Shown here piece by piece: positions 26,601 to 41,600 of a DNA stretch of 64,000 nucleotides (position 1 is the stretch's first letter; every line of letters starts with the position of its first letter). This DNA is from Enoplolaimus lenunculus (taxonomy: Eukaryota): assembly GCA_030248215.1 (NCBI GenBank), contig JASANG010001409.1, positions 186,001 through 250,000 on the forward strand, given 5' to 3'. A model generated the notes under the pieces. It was given only the letters and a program-made list of their open reading frames with translations, was not told where the DNA came from and made no database searches. Both the position numbers and the translations under genes were made by a program.

Positions 26601-29600
26601 TCCATGGATAAGACGGGACCGAAAGGGCTTCAAGTTAAGCTCCTTGTAAAGGCGTCAAACGGAAGTATGAGGAATTCCTAGCTGGAGGGAAGCCCTTCGA
26701 GTTGACTTCTGGGGGCTCCTGGATACCGCAGCGCTTAATGCAGCTTTCTGGTCCCCGCTTGTGGCAGAGTTTGGACAACCCGGCCTCAGCCGTTCCGCTA
26801 CACTACCAGTGTCCTCGAATCGGGAAATAATGTCAGCCATCGTCTGGCGAGTAGAAGGTATTGAGTCGAAATGGTTTTTCCACTGGCGTGAGACTTCGGC
26901 ATGACTTCCGTATTTATAGTAAAGTTTTACAACACAGATTTTTGCAGGGAGAGATCGTCCTGGGGATCCATGTTATAAACAGTATATATATTTATAATAA
27001 CTGGAAATATTAAAAACAGCGATAAACAACCATGCGAAATATTACGCCAGAAGATATTGATTGACAAATTGTGGGTAGTGACTTCTGGAACACACTGTAT
27101 AATATATAACAATAATTAAAATTACATTAATGCTTGAAAATGCCAACTTTTCCAATAACAAAATGGGGTAAATTTTCAACCGTATAAAGCTACTCATTAC
27201 CTGAGACTTCACATTATATCGAACAAACGATACAATTATTCGCTGCGGAATTGTTTTTCCATCTTTAGCTAGCTCTATTTTACGCTTTTCAGCGCCACTT
27301 CTCGGCAGGTAATGACACACATTTATATCCTGCAACGTGATAGACCGTAAATTAGCATCCTTCAAAATTGAACAATTTAAAACAATCAATAACTTGCTCG
27401 GTAATATCGCTAACATTATCCGTTTCCAAGCCAGAAATAATTATATCATTTTTTCGGCTGTGTTCAACCTCACTATTGGGGCGATCGAACATATTATTAA
27501 TTTTGCTACCAAGCGATATTAATTCTTCATCGTATTTGCTAAGTTTTTCATGATGTTCATCAAGCATTGAACCCACGGATTCTTTGAACGATTGAAACTG
27601 ATGAGTACGTTGTTTGATTTGATCCACATCGAATGCTTCATCATAATCGACCTTTCGTTTGGCTAAAATAAATTAAATAAATCTTCGTTTAATTGAACAC
27701 CGTGTGTACATAAAATCCTACGATGCACTTGGCTTGAGCATACAGAGTGCAAGTTCCTCCACCATGTATCTTTATACCCTTCATTTGTAAATTTCCTCGA
27801 CTTAAAACTTATATAAGAGCAACTTAAAATGCATGATTGTTCTCAAGAATACAAAAGAAAGTGCGACACGTGCAATTCGAAACTTTAACTAGGTAACTCC
27901 ACTAGAATATAGTTCGCACATATGGGCTGCTAAAACAGCAATAATCATTTAATCCCATGCTGCATGTGTAAAAAATAGCAATCATGTAAGACTATGCTCC
28001 GTGTGCATGCGCTTAATTAGAGGCTCGTGAATACGCTTAGATAAGAAACCCTGCTTTTAAAATTCATATAGGAATCATTAGTCTATCTGTAAATTAGTGG
28101 CAAATTTAATACTTTCAAGTGGAGGGAAGCCCTTCGAGTTGACTTCTGGGGGCTCCTGGATACCGCAGCGCTTAATGCAGCTTTCTGGTCCCCGCTTGTG
28201 GTAGACTTTGGACAACCCGGCCTCAGCCGTTCCGCTACACTACCAGTGTTCTCGAATCGGGAAATAATGTCAGCCATCGTCTTGCGAGTAGGAGGTATTG
28301 AGTCGAAATGGTTTTTCCACTGGCGTGAGACTTCGGCATAACTTCCGTATTTATAGTAAAGTTTTACAACACAGATTTTTGCAGGGAGAGATCGTACTGG
28401 GGATCCATGTTATAAACAGTATATATATTTATAATAACTGGAAATATTAAAAACAGCGATAAACAACCATGCGAAATATTACGCCAGAAGATATTGATTG
28501 ACAAATTGTGGGTAGTGACTTCTGGAACACACTGTATAATATATAACAATAATTAAAATTACATTAATGCTTGAAAATTCCAACTTTTCCAATAACAAAA
28601 TGGGGTAAATTTTCAACCGTATACTTTTTTCATGTATAATAATTAATGGAACTTTTCTATTTTTCAAACTCTATATTTATAGCCAAATATTCTGTTAATT
28701 TTATGCAAATATTGAATTTTTTGGTTTTTGCCGTGTTCGTGATGATTTCTAATTGAAACCAACTGTTTTCCTTTCGCGCGTAAAGTGTTATTCATGCTTT
28801 TCAAATTTTTTAAGCTACTCATTACCTGAGACTTCACATTATATCGAACAAACGATACAATTATTCGCTGCGGAATTGTTTTTCCATCTTTAGCTAGCTC
28901 TATTTTACGCTTTTCAGCGCCACTTCTCGGCAGGTAATGACACACATTTATATCCTGCAACGTGATAGACCGTAAACTAGCATCCTTCAAAATTGAACAA
29001 TTTAAAACAATCAATAACTTGCTCGGTAATATCGCTAACATTATCCGTTTCCAAGCCAGAAATAATTATATCATTTTTTCGGCTGTGTTCAGCCTCACTA
29101 TTCGGGCGATCGAACATATTATTAATTTTGCTACCAAGCGATATTAATTCTTCATCGTATTTGCTAAGTTTTTCATGATGTTCATCAAGCATTGAACCCA
29201 CGGATTCTTTGAACGATTGAAACTGATGAGTACGTTGTTTGATTTGATCCACATCGAATGCTTCATCATAATCGACCTTTCGTTTGGCTAAAATAAATTA
29301 AATAAATCTTCGTTTAATTGAACACCGTGTGTACATAAAATCCTACGATGCACTTGGCTTGAGCATACAGAGTGCAAGTTCCTCCACCATGTATCTTTAT
29401 ACCCTTCATTTGTAAATTTCCTCGACTTAAAACTTATATAAGAGCAACTTAAAATGCATGATTGTTCTCAAGAATACAAAAGAAAGTGCGACACGTGCAA
29501 TTCGAAACTTTAACTAGGTAACTCCACTAGAATATAGTTCGCACATATGGGCTGCTAAAACAGCAATAATCATTTAATCCCATGCTGCATGTGTAAAAAA

Positions 29601-32600
29601 TAGCAATCATGTAAGACTATGCTCCGTGTGCAAGCGCTTAATTAGAGGCTCGTGAATACGCTTAGATAAGAAACCCTGCTTTTAAAATTTATATAGGAAT
29701 CATTAGTCTATCTGTAAATTAGCGGCAAATTTAATACTTTCAAGTGGAGGGAAGCCCTTCGAGTTGACTTCTGGGGGCTCCTGGATACCGCAGCGCTTAA
29801 TGCAGCTTTCTGGTCCCCGCTTGTGGCAGACTTTGGACAACCCGGCCTCAGCCGTTCCCCCACACTACCAGTGTCCTCGAATCGGGAAATAATGTCAGCC
29901 ATCGTCTTGCGAGTAGGAGGTATTGAGTCGAAATGGTTTTTCCACTGGCGTGAGACTTCGGCATAACTTCCATATTTATAGTAAAGTTTTACAACACAGA
30001 TTTTTGCAGGGAGAGATCGTCCTGGGGATCCATGTTATAAACAGTATATATATTTATAATAACTGGAAATATTAAAAACAGCGATAAACAACCATGCGAA
30101 ATATTACGCCAGAAGATATTGATTGACAAATTGTGGGTAGTGACTTTAGGAACACACTGTATAATATATAACAATAATTAAAATTACATTAATGCTTGAA
30201 AATTCCAACTTTTCCAATAACAAAATGGGGTAAATTTTCAACCGTATACTTTTTTCATGTATAATAATTAATGGAACTTTTCTATTTTTCAAACTCTATA
30301 TTTATAGCCAAATATTCTGTTAATTTTATGCAAATATTGAATTTTTTGGTTTTTGCCGTGTTCGTGATGATTTCTAATTGAAACCAACTGTTTTCCTTTC
30401 GCGCGTAAAGTGTTATTCATGCTTTTCAAATTTTTTAAGCTACTCATTACCTGAGACTTCACATTATATCGAACAAACGATACAATTATTCGCTGCGGAA
30501 TTGTTTTTCCATCTTTAGCTAGCTCTATTTTACGCTTTTCAGCGCCACTTCTCGGCAGGTAATGACACACATTTATATCCTGCAACGTGATAGACCGTAA
30601 ACTAGCATCCTTCAAAATTGAACAATTTAAAACAATCAATAACTTGCTCGGTAATATCGCTAACATTATCCGTTTCCAAGCCAGAAATAATTATATCATT
30701 TTTTCGGCTGTGTTCAGCCTCACTATTCGGGCGATCGAACATATTATCAATTTTGCTACCAAGCGATATTAATTCTTCATCGTATTTGCTAAGTTTTTCA
30801 TGATGTTCATCAAGCATTGAACCCACGGATTCTTTGAACGATTGAAACTGATGAGTACGTTGTTTGATTTGATCCACATCGAATGCTTCATCATAATCGA
30901 CCTTTCGTTTGGCTAAAATAAATTAAATAAATCTTCGTTTAATTGAACACCGTGTGTACATAAAATCCTACGATGCACTTGGCTTGAGCATACAGAGTGC
31001 AAGTTCCTCCACCATGTATCTTTATACCCTTCATTTGTAAATTTCCTCGACTTAAAACTTATATAAGAGCAACTTAAAATGCATGATTGTTCTCAAGAAT
31101 ACAAAAGAAAGTGCGACACGTGCAATTCGAAACTTTAACTAGGTAACTCCACTAGAATATAGTTCGCACATATGGGCTGCTAAAACAGCAATAATCATTT
31201 AATCCCATGCTGCATGTGTAAAAAATAGCAATCATGTAAGACTATGCTCCGTGTGCATGCGCTTAATTAGAGGCTCGTGAATACGCTTAGATAAGAAACC
31301 CTGCTTTTAAAATTTATATAGGAATCATTAGTCTATCTGTAAATTAGCGGCAAATTTAATACTTTCAAGTGGAGGGAAGCCCTTCGAGTTGACTTCTGGG
31401 GGCTCCTGGATACCGCAGCGCTTAATGCAGCTTTCTGGTCCCCGCTTGTGGCAGAGTTTGGACAACCCGGCCTCAGCCGTTCCGCTACACTACCAGTGTC
31501 CTCGAATCGGGAAATAATGTCAGCCATCGTCTGGCGAGTAGGAGGTATTGAGTCGAAATGGTTTTTCCACTGGCGTGAGACTTCGGCATAACTTCCGTAT
31601 TTATAGTAAAGTTTTACAACACAGATTTTTGCAGGGAGAGATCGTCCTGAGGATCCATGTTATAAACAGTATATATATTTATAATAACTGGAAATATTAA
31701 AAACAGCGATAAACAACCATGCGAAATATTACGCCAGAAGATATTGATTGACAAATTGTGGGTAGTGACTTCTGGAACACACTGTATAATATATAACAAT
31801 AATTAAAATTACATTAATGCTTGAAAATTCCAACTTTTCCAATAACAAAATGGGGTAAATTTTCAACCGTATACTTTTTTCATGTATAATAATTAATGGA
31901 ACTTTTCTATTTTTCAAACTCTATATTTATAGCCAAATATTCTGTTAATTTTATGCAAATATTGAATTTTTTGGTTTTTGCCGTGTTCGTGATGATTTCT
32001 AATTGAAACCAACTGTTTTCCTTTCGCGCGTAATGTGTTATTCATGCTTTTCAAATTTTTTAAGCTACTCATTACCGGAGACTTCACATTATATCGAACA
32101 AACGATACAATTATTCGCTGCGGAATTGTTTTTCCATCTTTAGCTAGCTCTATTTTACGCTTTTCAGCGCCACTTCTGGCAGGTAATGACACACATTTAT
32201 ATCCTGCAACGTGATAGACCGTAAATTAGCATCCTTCAAAATTGAACAATTTAAAACAATCAATAACTTGCTCGGTAATATCGCTAACATTATCCGTTTC
32301 CAAGCCAGAAATAATTATATCATTTTTTCGGCTGTGTTCAGCCTCACTATTCGGGCGATCGAACATATCAATTTTGCTACCAAGCGATATTAATTCTTCA
32401 TCGTATTTGCTAAGTTTTTCATGATGTTCATCAAGCATTGAACCCACGGATTCTTTGAACGATTGAAACTGATGAGTACGTTGTTTGATTTGATCCACAT
32501 CGAATGCTTCATCATAATCGACCTTTCGTTTGGCTAAAATAAATTAAATAAATCTTCGTTTAATTGAACACCGTGTGTACATAAAATCCTACGATGCACT

Positions 32601-35600
32601 TGGCTTGAGCATACAGAGTGCAAGTTCCTCCACCATGTATCTTTATACCCTTCATTTGTAAATTTCCTCGACTTAAAACTTATATAAGAGCAACTTAAAA
32701 TGCATGATTGTTCTCAAGAATACAAAAGAAAGTGCGACACGTGCAATTCGAAACTTTAACTAGGTAACTCCACTAGAATATAGTTCGCACATATGGGCTG
32801 CTAAAATAGCAATAATCATTTAATCCCATGCTGCATGTGTAAAAATAGCAATCATGTAAGACTATGCTCCGTGTGCATGCGCTTAATTAGAGGCTCGTGA
32901 ATACGCTTAGATAAGAAACTCTGCTTTTAAAATTTATATACGAATCATTAGTCTATCTGTAAATTAGCGGCAAATTTAATACTTTCAAGGTTAACAGTAA
33001 GCATAATATTAAGCCTTAGCTTACTCCTCAACGCAAAAAACCTAAGTAAGTAAAAATGATTTTAAACCTTAAGTTTTGCTGTTATAGATTTGCGAAAAAC
33101 TAGTTCGACGAGTGTAACAGTAGTTTACCTAAGCATATTCCTAAGCCGAAGCCGAAGTCTAAGCCTCAGTGTAAGGATACGCCTATAACTAAGCCTAAGC
33201 CTAATCGCGTCTGAAGAATCATAATGTTTAGCCTTCATTAAAGCTGCGCGTGCATCTTACGCCTAATATCCATAAGCTTTAAGGAAATCTAACGTGGCGC
33301 AGCGTAGAGATTTTGCTGATATTAATATGAAAGAGAATGTATATCATGTATATATAAATCAAGCAAACGATATTCATTGCTAGAATGACCAAGTAACATT
33401 GGTCATCACCTCAGACGATTCAAACTTAGATCAATATGGTAAATTGCAATTTTCTGGACGCAAGGCATCCAAATTATTACCCTCATGTTTTTTGGATACT
33501 TCACTTAAAGCATGGCAAATTTAACAATGGTTGTGTGTTCCATGTATCAAATGGTTTTTGCTTGTTGGGTTTGGAATTTTCCTGACAGGCATGCTTAAAC
33601 TAAATCTTTTCACTCTGAAACATAATACTTATATGCAATTGTGGTGTTTCCCTTTTCGTAGCCCGAGCCTAATCAAAGTAAGTTTGAACTGGAGTAGCGG
33701 AACTTCAATTTGCGGTTGAGTTGGTATGGTTTGAAATACGCTTGCATATTGCTGTTTTATCCCATCTACCGCAACCTGCCCATATTTAACATTGAAATTT
33801 TGTATTGTGTTCAGAACAATTGTATGACTACTGGCACCTAGGTCGTATAAAACAAATATGCATCAGCATGTTCTGAAGTACTTTTCGAAAGAGTTGTCCT
33901 CCGGTGAAGTTCGACATGGACAATATCTTGGTCGCAGTCAAACAGCACATCTCCAGATACCATAACATGGAGTACATTGCTTAAAACGGAAAGCAGACAT
34001 GTTTTAGGAAGAAATAAGTCTGAATAATAGGAGCTTTTCGGATGGGACTGTCCCGAACACGTTTTCTTCATGTTGATTCGACGTCATCATATAATATTGT
34101 GATCTGAATATCTGTTATGTTTACAAAATGTGAATGTCAGATGACATTGGCTTACTAATCCCGGATCTCCAGTAACCATCGTTTACAAACAGCCATGACA
34201 CATGTCCATGATACCACGGGACATTTATGAGAATATCATATGATATTGCGAAATTCTACCAAATACCACATGATATTATGAAATTCTACCAAATATCGCA
34301 TGATATTATGAAGGACAATGTAATTTGTGCGCACGAATAATATACTGAAAAGTCAGATAATCATATTATATTGCACAGGACATTCAGGTTAGTTCACAAT
34401 TACCTTCCAGACATTTTTAAACATGTCATATGATACTGACGGACTATATTTCAAATATCATATGATATTCAGTACAAACAGTGAATGTCACATCAGGATA
34501 GCAAGATAAGTGCATTGTATCAATGGGTGGAAGGTGGTCGGAAAACAAATAACCACAGTGCGCCTGATATAAAGGCGTATGTGGAACCATGGCCAGTGAT
34601 TCTTTCGACCGATACGGTCCACCTGAATGGTTTTGATATGAACTACAATGGGTTTGTGTGCCCAAGTCTACGCAAACATTTTGAGTAAAGAATCTCCGTG
34701 GCAGCGAATTGGTGCCGAAAGGCCACAGCCGCAGAAAAAAAGCGTCGAAAGGGTATGGAAGCACACGGTCGATCCTTAAGAGTGACTAAGTATCGACCAA
34801 GATGGCCGAGCAAAACAAAGACGACGCCTAAAAGACAGCTCGAAAGAAGATAGCTTTAAATTGAAAATCAGCTGCAAAAAGTTAGTTTTGCCCTAACTGT
34901 TAAATATATATATCTCTTTTACGATAGCAAAATCATTTGTTGTTTTATCTACTTTGCTGGTTCCAAAAAATATATTTAAACTGGAAAACGTTTATATATC
35001 TTAAAGCAATCAAATAATGCATATTAATCGTCCATTGTATACGTTATAAAAGTCGAATGTTCAAAGCGATGATGATCTCAGCAAAACTGAAAAAAGTGAG
35101 CCAGGTTGAAGACCAGTCGGATGACGACGATGGAGTTGGTGATGCTTCGCAAAGTTTTTCTCTCGGAACAGTGGATAATTTGAACGATAATTTATATATG
35201 ATGGTATCCATTATGAAACTTCCATAACCAGTTTTATATTTCTAAAATAGTTTAAATACGCAGGTTTAAACTTTTGTAAAACGGCTATATGCATTACATT
35301 CGGGCATGTTTTTGAAAGCAGTTGTAATAATAATGCTGTGTTCCAAGAAACTAGCACTGATGTTCAAGTTAAAGTTCACAATTTATATATAAGTATATAT
35401 ATCGTTAAGTTCAATATTGAAAATAAATATCTTCAATTTGTGCCATACTGCATGATTTATCATACGTTTCCAGCTTCTGCATTTGTTTCAAGATTTTGGC
35501 ATTCTAAATGGTGTGTTTACTTCATGAAATGCCATTTAATAGCGTTAAAAATAAATTTTTCGGCAACAAGTATATTTTGATTTCCGGTTCCTTTATTTTT

Positions 35601-38600
35601 TAATTTTCTGGTTCCGGTTCCGGTATTTTGTAATTTCGGTGCATCCTGGCATAAGGTTGTATGTCGTAGCCGATTCCTAATTGAGCTCTCGTACGAAATG
35701 TTATACCATTACACACAAGTGGATTTTGATACTGTAATGTATACCATCATCAGTGTATACAGTGTTAACCCTGGTATAGCCAGTGGTGACATCATTGTTA
35801 TTATTTTCCAAAGCGGAATAGTTATCTGCCACAACAGTGCGTGAAATCTAAACCAGTAGGTAATGAATAGTAGATAATGGACAAGGAAATCATCACTAAC
35901 GTCAACAAACTAACCAGTCCTCCGGAAAATGTAATTATTGAAATACTTGTCAATAAATGTTGATAGCATGATCTGACGATTCTCCGTATATTATTATCTC
36001 CAGCCACATCACAAAATATATTCTATATATAATGTGTGCAAAAACATACACGTTTCACCTGAATACGAAACGCAGCATTTTTGAAGGAAATGTCGATCCA
36101 ATCAGTCTTGGCCCGCATACTGTATTGAAACATCATTATCATCGTTTTGGTCATCCAATGCAAACAAGATGTGCTTCTTGAAATGTAAAACACGAATTAA
36201 ATGTCTTAAGTTAGGAACAACCGTTTAAATAGTTTGCAAATATAAATAATTGAGATCCACTCGCTTACTTATCTTGGCATTTCAATCATGAAAAGGTCGG
36301 TCATTGCTAAGTTATAAGTGTATTTCCTACCCCAATCTGAAAGTATCAGCACTAAAAACCCTTAATACAAGAACCAGTTATTCAAGAACCACACCTTTGG
36401 TTGCTTTCTACCTGCTGATCGTAATATGCATCTTGGCCGAATTCTTGCCACTATCTTCTCAAAAAACACAATGTATTGCAAAATTTATAAGCTTACAACC
36501 CAGAATAAATTGGTTATGTGTCAGCCGCACTTTTATCATTAACGTGCATAAGCGTAACAGTAGCATAGGTATGAAATTTTTCCAAATTTTAGAATGGGGG
36601 TATCGTTAAAATTTCAGACATCCACCACGCTACAATGGTGTGGGTGGCTAAAATTGAGTAGTTACGTGAAAACCCAGGCTATCGCTAACTTCGAGAAAGC
36701 GGCCGACATCTGACACCCTTTGGCTACGTGAGAAATATTTTTATAGATTAGAGCTGTCACTTGCTCTGGTCTATAAGAGAGTTGTGGCTCCACCGTTCAT
36801 TAAATTATTGCGTCACAGTATTAGTGTCTGCGCTATTTTTAGATTTACCTAATTTCAGAAACGAACTCATTGAAAACTGCGTATGGTCCGTGTTGGGAGC
36901 CATGTTTAGCAATGATGGCACAATGCTTTGAGCTTGTGAATCACCCGTCTGTCGATCCAAGTCCTGTTCTGCCGTTTTGGGATAAAATTCGATTGCTGTT
37001 TCATGGACGGTTTGTGATGGCGTGTAGTCAGGTGAATTATGGTCAACCACCAGTCATTCTTGTTGATGGGTAGTAAGATTTTCAATTAAGTTATTATGTG
37101 ATATAATACAAATTCTTATTCACTGGAACAAGTTTTTCATTAAGATTTGAGCGCTGTTTTTCACTGTGTTTTTAGAATTTTAGTTTGTTCTTTGTGCTAC
37201 TGAACGCACTACTTTTAGTTTATCGTTCAGTGCACTCACATTTGTACTGATGTAAGAGGGACAAAATAAAAATAATCTACACGTTAAATTTGTCACGCGT
37301 TTACCCTGCCTTATGACAATTTTTGTGCCAAGGGTAAATTCATATCAGAGTAAATCCTTTTAATATTATAATGTTTGTTTTTTGCAGCTAACAACAATAC
37401 TGCTTTCATCAGCGGATCCGTACAACGCTACCGAGCAAGCTGAAATTACATTTTCAGACTTTGAATTTGACTGGAACAACGGGATGTTTGTAACAAAATC
37501 TAATTTAGACGTCTATATTCGAACTGCGTCCAAATATGACGATTTGCGTATTTTACACTTGCCTCATCTGAAGCTGAGCGTCAAAATGCTGTGGCATTGT
37601 TTGGGCAATCCGAATGATCATCATGCTGTTTTTCCTTGCGCTCCGGAAAAAATTCCTGAGTATTCGTTGAATAAGGTACGTAATTAACTGACTTTTGCTT
37701 CAACGCATTGGAAAAATCCTCACCAATCCTGAGAGCTGTTATGAGTCAAGCATCATTGGAATAGGTGTAAGTCTGCATGTGACCCGATGTTAGTGGCTGT
37801 ATTAGTCTAACGATTTCTGGGTGCCGAACCGTGAAAATGCTCAAGGTTGTTTTCGTGTATTTCAAAGCTGGTAATTTAAATAATCACTTTAAAGATTCTT
37901 TTCTGAACAACAGTTATTACTTACACAGACAGATAAACCGTTTGACGAGATATCATTGCCACATCGGTTTACTTTGTTCGCTGGCGTTAACTTTAGCGAA
38001 TGCAATTCATTCTAGTTTACTGGTTGTACTGCGGTATGTAGCCATATAAATTTTTAGTCTTATAAATTAATTTAAAAATTACCGCAAAAAAACTTTTTAT
38101 AAAATACTATAAAAAGTCAACATTAAACAAACTTTGTTGATTTCGCGAAATTACTCAAATCAAAAATTTCTTAAGCATTGCTAAGCTTTACGTTCAACAA
38201 TTATAATATACATATTGTTGAAGTGCAACTTGCAAACCTACAATATTGATCTTTGAATCGGCTACGAGTTGATAACGGTCAATGTTACATTTTAACAAGA
38301 AAGCTTTGTGTAAACTGATACTAAACGTACAAAACTGAGAATGTAATACATATTTCGCAAGGACAAAATTACTTTTTAATCAGTCTAGTTAAACATTCCA
38401 AGGTTGTAAAGCACAAACACATATTCATTCCGCATGCTGAAGTACCCGATGGCTAACAACGAACAATTTATAGCAAACCCGAAGGTATAAGATTATGAGT
38501 TTACTGTTTCAGCTCGCATACCTAACGTACTAATAGGACGAGGAGTTAGCTATTGTGAAAGCGATCCAATTTCTAAACATTTAAATTTCTCACACCCGAA

Positions 38601-41600
38601 AACCCTTAAGCTAATGACACATAAACGCTTATAAAATATTTCCCAACTGCACTACAATAGTGTTGACATAGCTAATATGCAAATTAGGTAGTAGCTAGGT
38701 ATTTATTTATTAAAAAGTTTGTCAAAATCGGTCCAGCAGTTCTTGAGATTTTCGTCGGGCAGACACGGACAGAAATCTACTTTTCAACCCGAAATGCAAA
38801 ACGTTAAACGTTTCGCGAAACTCCAAGTTTCGCGTGGAGTTTCGCTTCGCGCACAGGTAAACTCATTTTCTTGACTGAAGTGAAAAACAGGCAATAAATT
38901 AAGAAGATCAGAAATTTTAAAATTCTACGAGTTTATGTAGGTTTTATATTTTACATTATCTCGTATGCGCTAGCTAAAGCATTGCGATATCTATATTATT
39001 AAAGCTGGATCGACCCACATACGTATTTTGGGCAACTTTTCGGCATTACGTTGTTTAGTGTTCAGTGGAAAGACAATTTGCATGCAGATTGTTGTGTGTT
39101 CGCTGACTTTCTGCTCATTGTTCCAGTTGTCAGAAAATATAAGTTTTTCAACATTTATTTTTAAGGACCACGATTCTTACCGATCGTTTCGATCAAATGC
39201 GCTAAGTTTACAGCTAAATTTTGATATTTCTGTAAACGAACTGTCACACAATATGACATCATCTGGTGCTGCTGACGCTAGTAGCGGTGAAAGAAATATT
39301 TCGGACGCCCAAGGTCCGTCAGCATTTGATTCAACCGCGTGCCCTCAGTTGATTTTGTACGCAAATTCGTTTCGTTGGCTCGATAATATGAAGCAAACTT
39401 TTGCAGCTGTTAATCGTCCTATTAAACGTGGGTCGTTGTTCAAAAAGCAACGACGGGCAAAACGGCAACAGCTGACACGACATTTTAAGTAAGATTTTAA
39501 ATTTAAGCCAGAATTTAAGTTTAAAAATAGTTTTGTTGTCCGTAATACTGTTTTAGAAGTAAACAATGCAAAGATGTTAATTTTTTACAGCATTCTAGTT
39601 AACATCGAACTACAATGACCGTCTATGTCCCTACTTTTAATGGCAATATGAAACATATTATCCCGTTTGCTTAGCAACTGAAAATTTTAAGCGCAAGTAT
39701 TGAGTTATCTTTATATGAGAAATTCTTGCAAAGCTCTTCCTGTGAGGACAATGCCCATAATATATATATAAGGTGTATTGTGAAAAGTGAAATTAAAATT
39801 TCTGCCTAATTTGTATAAAGTCCTATTCACACTGTGCTAGTTTTTGCGTCGTGAAGTGAACCCGATCGCAGCAACTTGCAGATGTAACTTACGGTCAGTT
39901 AAGTATTAATCAATTTTTGAGCTAAATTTTGTAACTTCTGCTTTTAGTGTATGTTAATTGCAGGTGCAATTTCTGTGAGACGATTTTCGAACAACCTTGC
40001 ACGTGCAGTTTGCAGCCGAAGGTTTTCTTTGTAGACACTTGCGTGCGAAAGTAATCGTGCCCTTGAATACCGGGCGCCTCGACGCCCGCCGCCAATAACC
40101 TATAGTTCAACGGCAGAGGAAAAAACCACCCACCAAACACTTGCATCTACGAATATTTCAATTTACAAATCATTTAAATGTGCTACAGTATCCGTTATAA
40201 TGTTCCGTCAGTGTAATTTCATATTATTGATTGGTCATATCGTTCTAAATGCATCAGGCGCAGTAGATACTTGGTTGTCTGCCCAAGTAGTTGGCTGCAT
40301 TTTATGCGATTTTTTCACAGTTTCTTCTATTGTAAGAGTCGTGGTCTTAAGCGCGTGCAGTCGCTCGTTTACTATTACATTGTTTACAGAAATGTTCAAA
40401 TGTCACTCGCTATACCGCGATTTGTCATCAGTTACTGGATGTCATTTTCATCCGATCACGGATTTCGTTTAATTGGTCAATCTGTACAGTTGAGCTCGTC
40501 TCATTCTCTGCGATTACTGCCGTCACCTTCGGTTGCCGCAACTGCGACTACGAATCTATCACAAACGTCTGGTGGCGGGGCTTTATCGACACCAAGATCT
40601 CAAGGTGAAAATTCGACACAGTTTCCGGCATCTGTGGGTCCTTCTCGGTGTGGAAATACTGGGATCGATCCGAATTCGCAAGAAGTAAATATTTGGTTGA
40701 GGTTGAGATAACGCATGACGTACTTTGAATTTGGTTTCAAATCTACTGTAACGCAAATCTAAATTCGACGTTGGAAGTTGAGAGTGTTGCAATTAATGGT
40801 TTATATTATAATTGCCTATGGTTAAAATTAAGTAAAGTATAAAAACTAATTTATGTTCCTGGTGTAATATCGTCATCATAAGATTATTGTCAGAGCCTAA
40901 GTCTATTTGCTTGACAAATAAAAGAATAACATTTAGCTAATGTACCAACAGTATTACTGTGCTCGTTTTCAGGCAGTTGGTGGAAACAACAATTCAGGTC
41001 ATCTTATCAGACGTATGCGCATTGAGTGGACAACAAGTTTTATGAACGCTCAGCTTGGTGACGTTGATGTGTATCTGTTTTCAGAGAAAGATGCAAATGT
41101 ATTTCAGTTTTTTCTACTGTTTTAGTTTTTAATTTATTACAAACCGAAAAATTTTGGGTTTATGAAAAATTTTAAATACAAATTAGAGTACAACAGTTTT
41201 TCGTTCGCGTATAAAATATTATGGCTTTTAGACGAAGAGTATGAGTTGCCAACCATTCATCTGGCACGCACGCGTCGTAGTTTAGTTTCCTAGGACAATA
41301 ATATTTTGCCTTTACGCGCAAACTGGAATCGGAAATGAGAATAAAACGTGGTAAGATTAAGACCATACCAGACTGAAACATATAACAATTGTACTCGAGG
41401 CGGGTAAGATTTCTAGATTTTTGCCTGTTTCAGTTAAAATTGGTCCCGCAGTAAATTTATTACTTAAAAACGTTAAAAAAGTTATCTGGTTATTATTTTT
41501 AGGACATTTTTGAACCTGACGCGAACAAAAATTTCTTCATGAGCATTAGTCGGTAAGCGGATTTTTTAAATTTTGATAATGTTGAATCGTTGTGTTTTGG

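Noticed and set aside
25795..35648. One giant hAT element enclosing the array
   Set aside because: Flanks TAGACAAG and GCATAAGG do not match; the matching duplication is at 25949.
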